DNA of 63,301 nt, counting the filler. It is 12 parts of 12 records of this genome, joined end to end, with 100 filler letters (N's around TTAATTAATTAA, not from the genome) between each part and the next. Parts side by side here need not be neighbours in the genome. Positions count along the whole stretch, not along the records: positions 58,924 to 63,301 come from SRR7504441_10438; 11 more parts are not named here. The stretch is one strand, 5' to 3'. How positions within the stretch are numbered: the stretch's first letter is position 1; every line of letters starts with the position of its first letter. The position numbers and the translations under genes were made by a program. This document shows positions 61,873 through 63,301 of the stretch, piece by piece. The notes under the pieces are model-generated. The model searched no databases, was not told the origin of the DNA, and saw nothing but the letters and a program-made list of their open reading frames with translations.

Positions 61873-62175
61873 CGAGCCGACCCACTACAATGCGTGCAAA
61901 TAACACGATGCTCATGTCAATGATAATGATGATTGTACGAGTACATGTTGGCCATACCAACTCATATACGTACGAGTAACCACGATGTTCATGATGACAT
62001 TGAACAAACTCGCAAACTACATGTATATAGACTTTTTGTGGGTTTTATCTTGATTGCTGTCCTCTCGAGCCTAGATCTAGGTAACAAACGTACCCTTTCA
62101 GACCTAGTCCGTCACTGGGACTAGACTCACCCCAAGCCTGCTGTCTTGCCGTCACGAGCAAGACCTCGTCTAACC

Positions 62176-62905
62176 TCAGCAGTTCTTTTGGCACGCTGCT
62201 GCAGCTTGCATCTCACTCGCTCTCTGCAACTCAGTGGCCATCTCCAGTCGGGCCTCGTCGATCAGCTGCCTCATTCTGTCCTGCTGTTGCCCCGCTGGCA
62301 GCCTCTCCACTAGCTCCTGCTCCCACCCCGTACTCAGCAGCGCACGACCCATGCATCTACCGGCAGCGTGTCGATCGCTGCTGCGTATTTGGCCTCTGCG
62401 CCCGGGATATCCCCTCTCGCAATCAGCTGCTGTGCCCCTTTCTTTGCCTGTGCGAACGCCACGACCGCCGCCTTAAGCTGCTTCTGCGCCCGGTCTGCTC
62501 GGCGCCCGGCCGCGTCCTAGCACCCCGGGGTCATCCACAGCCAGACAGCACTCTCACCGCAATCTTTGCCCGAGTCGCTTCCTCGTCCGCCCCGTCGCAT
62601 TCAAGCGCCGCCTTGAAGGAGACCTCCGCCGCATCGTAGTCCTCTACTCCCACTTGGGCCTCGCCCCGCCGGACGTAACCTTTCGGCCAGCCCGGGGCCA
62701 GCTCGATGCACAGCGCGGCGTCAGCGATCGCAGCGCCCCATTCGCCCAGCTGGCAGAGCGCGGCGCTCCGATTGCTGTGGTAGGTCTTCTCCGGCTGCGG
62801 CGCTAGCGAAATGGCCCGGTCGAAAGCCGCGACGGCTGCCTTGAGCTCGCCGGCCTTGAAGTGCGCGTTGCCCTCTTGCTTGGCCTGCTCGGCCGCCTCG
62901 CTCAT
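62176..62905 (-). CDS. TPR protein (STI1/Hop/SGT-like N-terminal TPR)
   Basis: AEQAKQEGNAHFKAG, YHSNRSAAL and PGWPKGYVRRG; two short introns. Confidence 0.8.
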
Positions 62906-63053
62906 CGCTCCCGGGGTGTGTGTAGCGAGGTCTCGGGCCGTGTAGCGAGGGGCTGTAATGCAGTGGACTCGGCGGCCGAAGGGCCGAGATGAAGCCGTTG
63001 GGACCAGCGCTGCACACCGAGTGCCACACCGCACCTGCTGGGGAGGCTCTGGA

Positions 63054-63301
63054 ATGGCCGGCGGCGAGGACGCCGACGAGCAGATGAGCGGGCAGATGGC
63101 GTGGGCGGCCGACCGGATCCGGTCTGTATGGGCGGCCCGTCCGTGGGGCGCCGAGTTCGCGCGGCTGCGCGGGCAAGCCCGGGCGATTGCGTCCCAGATC
63201 CCGGGGCTGTCGTCGCGGCAGGTGGACTTCGCCTGCAGCGGCGGCGGGTTTAAGAACATGTACGCATGCGGCGTAATGTCGGTGCTCGAGCAGCTGCACC
63301 A
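63054..63301 (+). CDS. Patatin-like phospholipase N-terminus; 3' partial
   Basis: Plus-strand frame reads FACSGGGFKNMYACGVMSVL (Gly-rich patatin loop). It is absent from the ORF track because it runs off the end of the window. Confidence 0.55.
   Translation, partial: MAGGEDADEQMSGQMAWAADRIRSVWAARPWGAEFARLRGQARAIASQIPGLSSRQVDFACSGGGFKNMYACGVMSVLEQLH

Noticed and set aside
1-63301. Alternative genetic code, frameshifting or widespread pseudogenes explaining broken ORFs
   Set aside because: The breaks I traced resolve with short GT-AG or GC-AG introns under the standard code.
1-63301. Prokaryotic or viral origin; rRNA, tRNA or transposase genes
   Set aside because: Spliceosomal introns and eukaryotic families (kinesin, USP, PHD) occur throughout. 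I recognised no RNA genes or transposases by eye, but no scan was run.

Overview
This window is not a contiguous locus. It is 12 contigs joined by an artificial 100-nt linker (N-run, TTAATTAATTAA, N-run), so adjacency across linkers means nothing. The DNA is from a gene-dense, GC-rich eukaryote, probably a flagellated protist; I cannot determine the lineage. Introns are spliceosomal and very short (mostly about 32-49 nt), and roughly one in five has a GC donor. Head-to-head genes sit 75-200 bp apart, and spacers are TpA/GTAC-rich. The ORF track fragments most genes, so I spliced them by hand. This gave about 30 genes and several unusual domain fusions. The best is a kinesin-14 motor with an N-terminal CBM20 starch-binding domain (54825-58694). 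Others are a DOT1-like methyltransferase fused to a DNMT1-type RFTS domain and a PHD finger (436-4280), a Rab-like GTPase fused to coiled-coil/Sfi1-like repeats, a ZNFX1-like helicase with an inserted RRM, a USP-UBA-ankyrin protein, and a DD3-3-like protein split by a large modular insert. All domain calls come from motifs recognised by eye, with no database searches.
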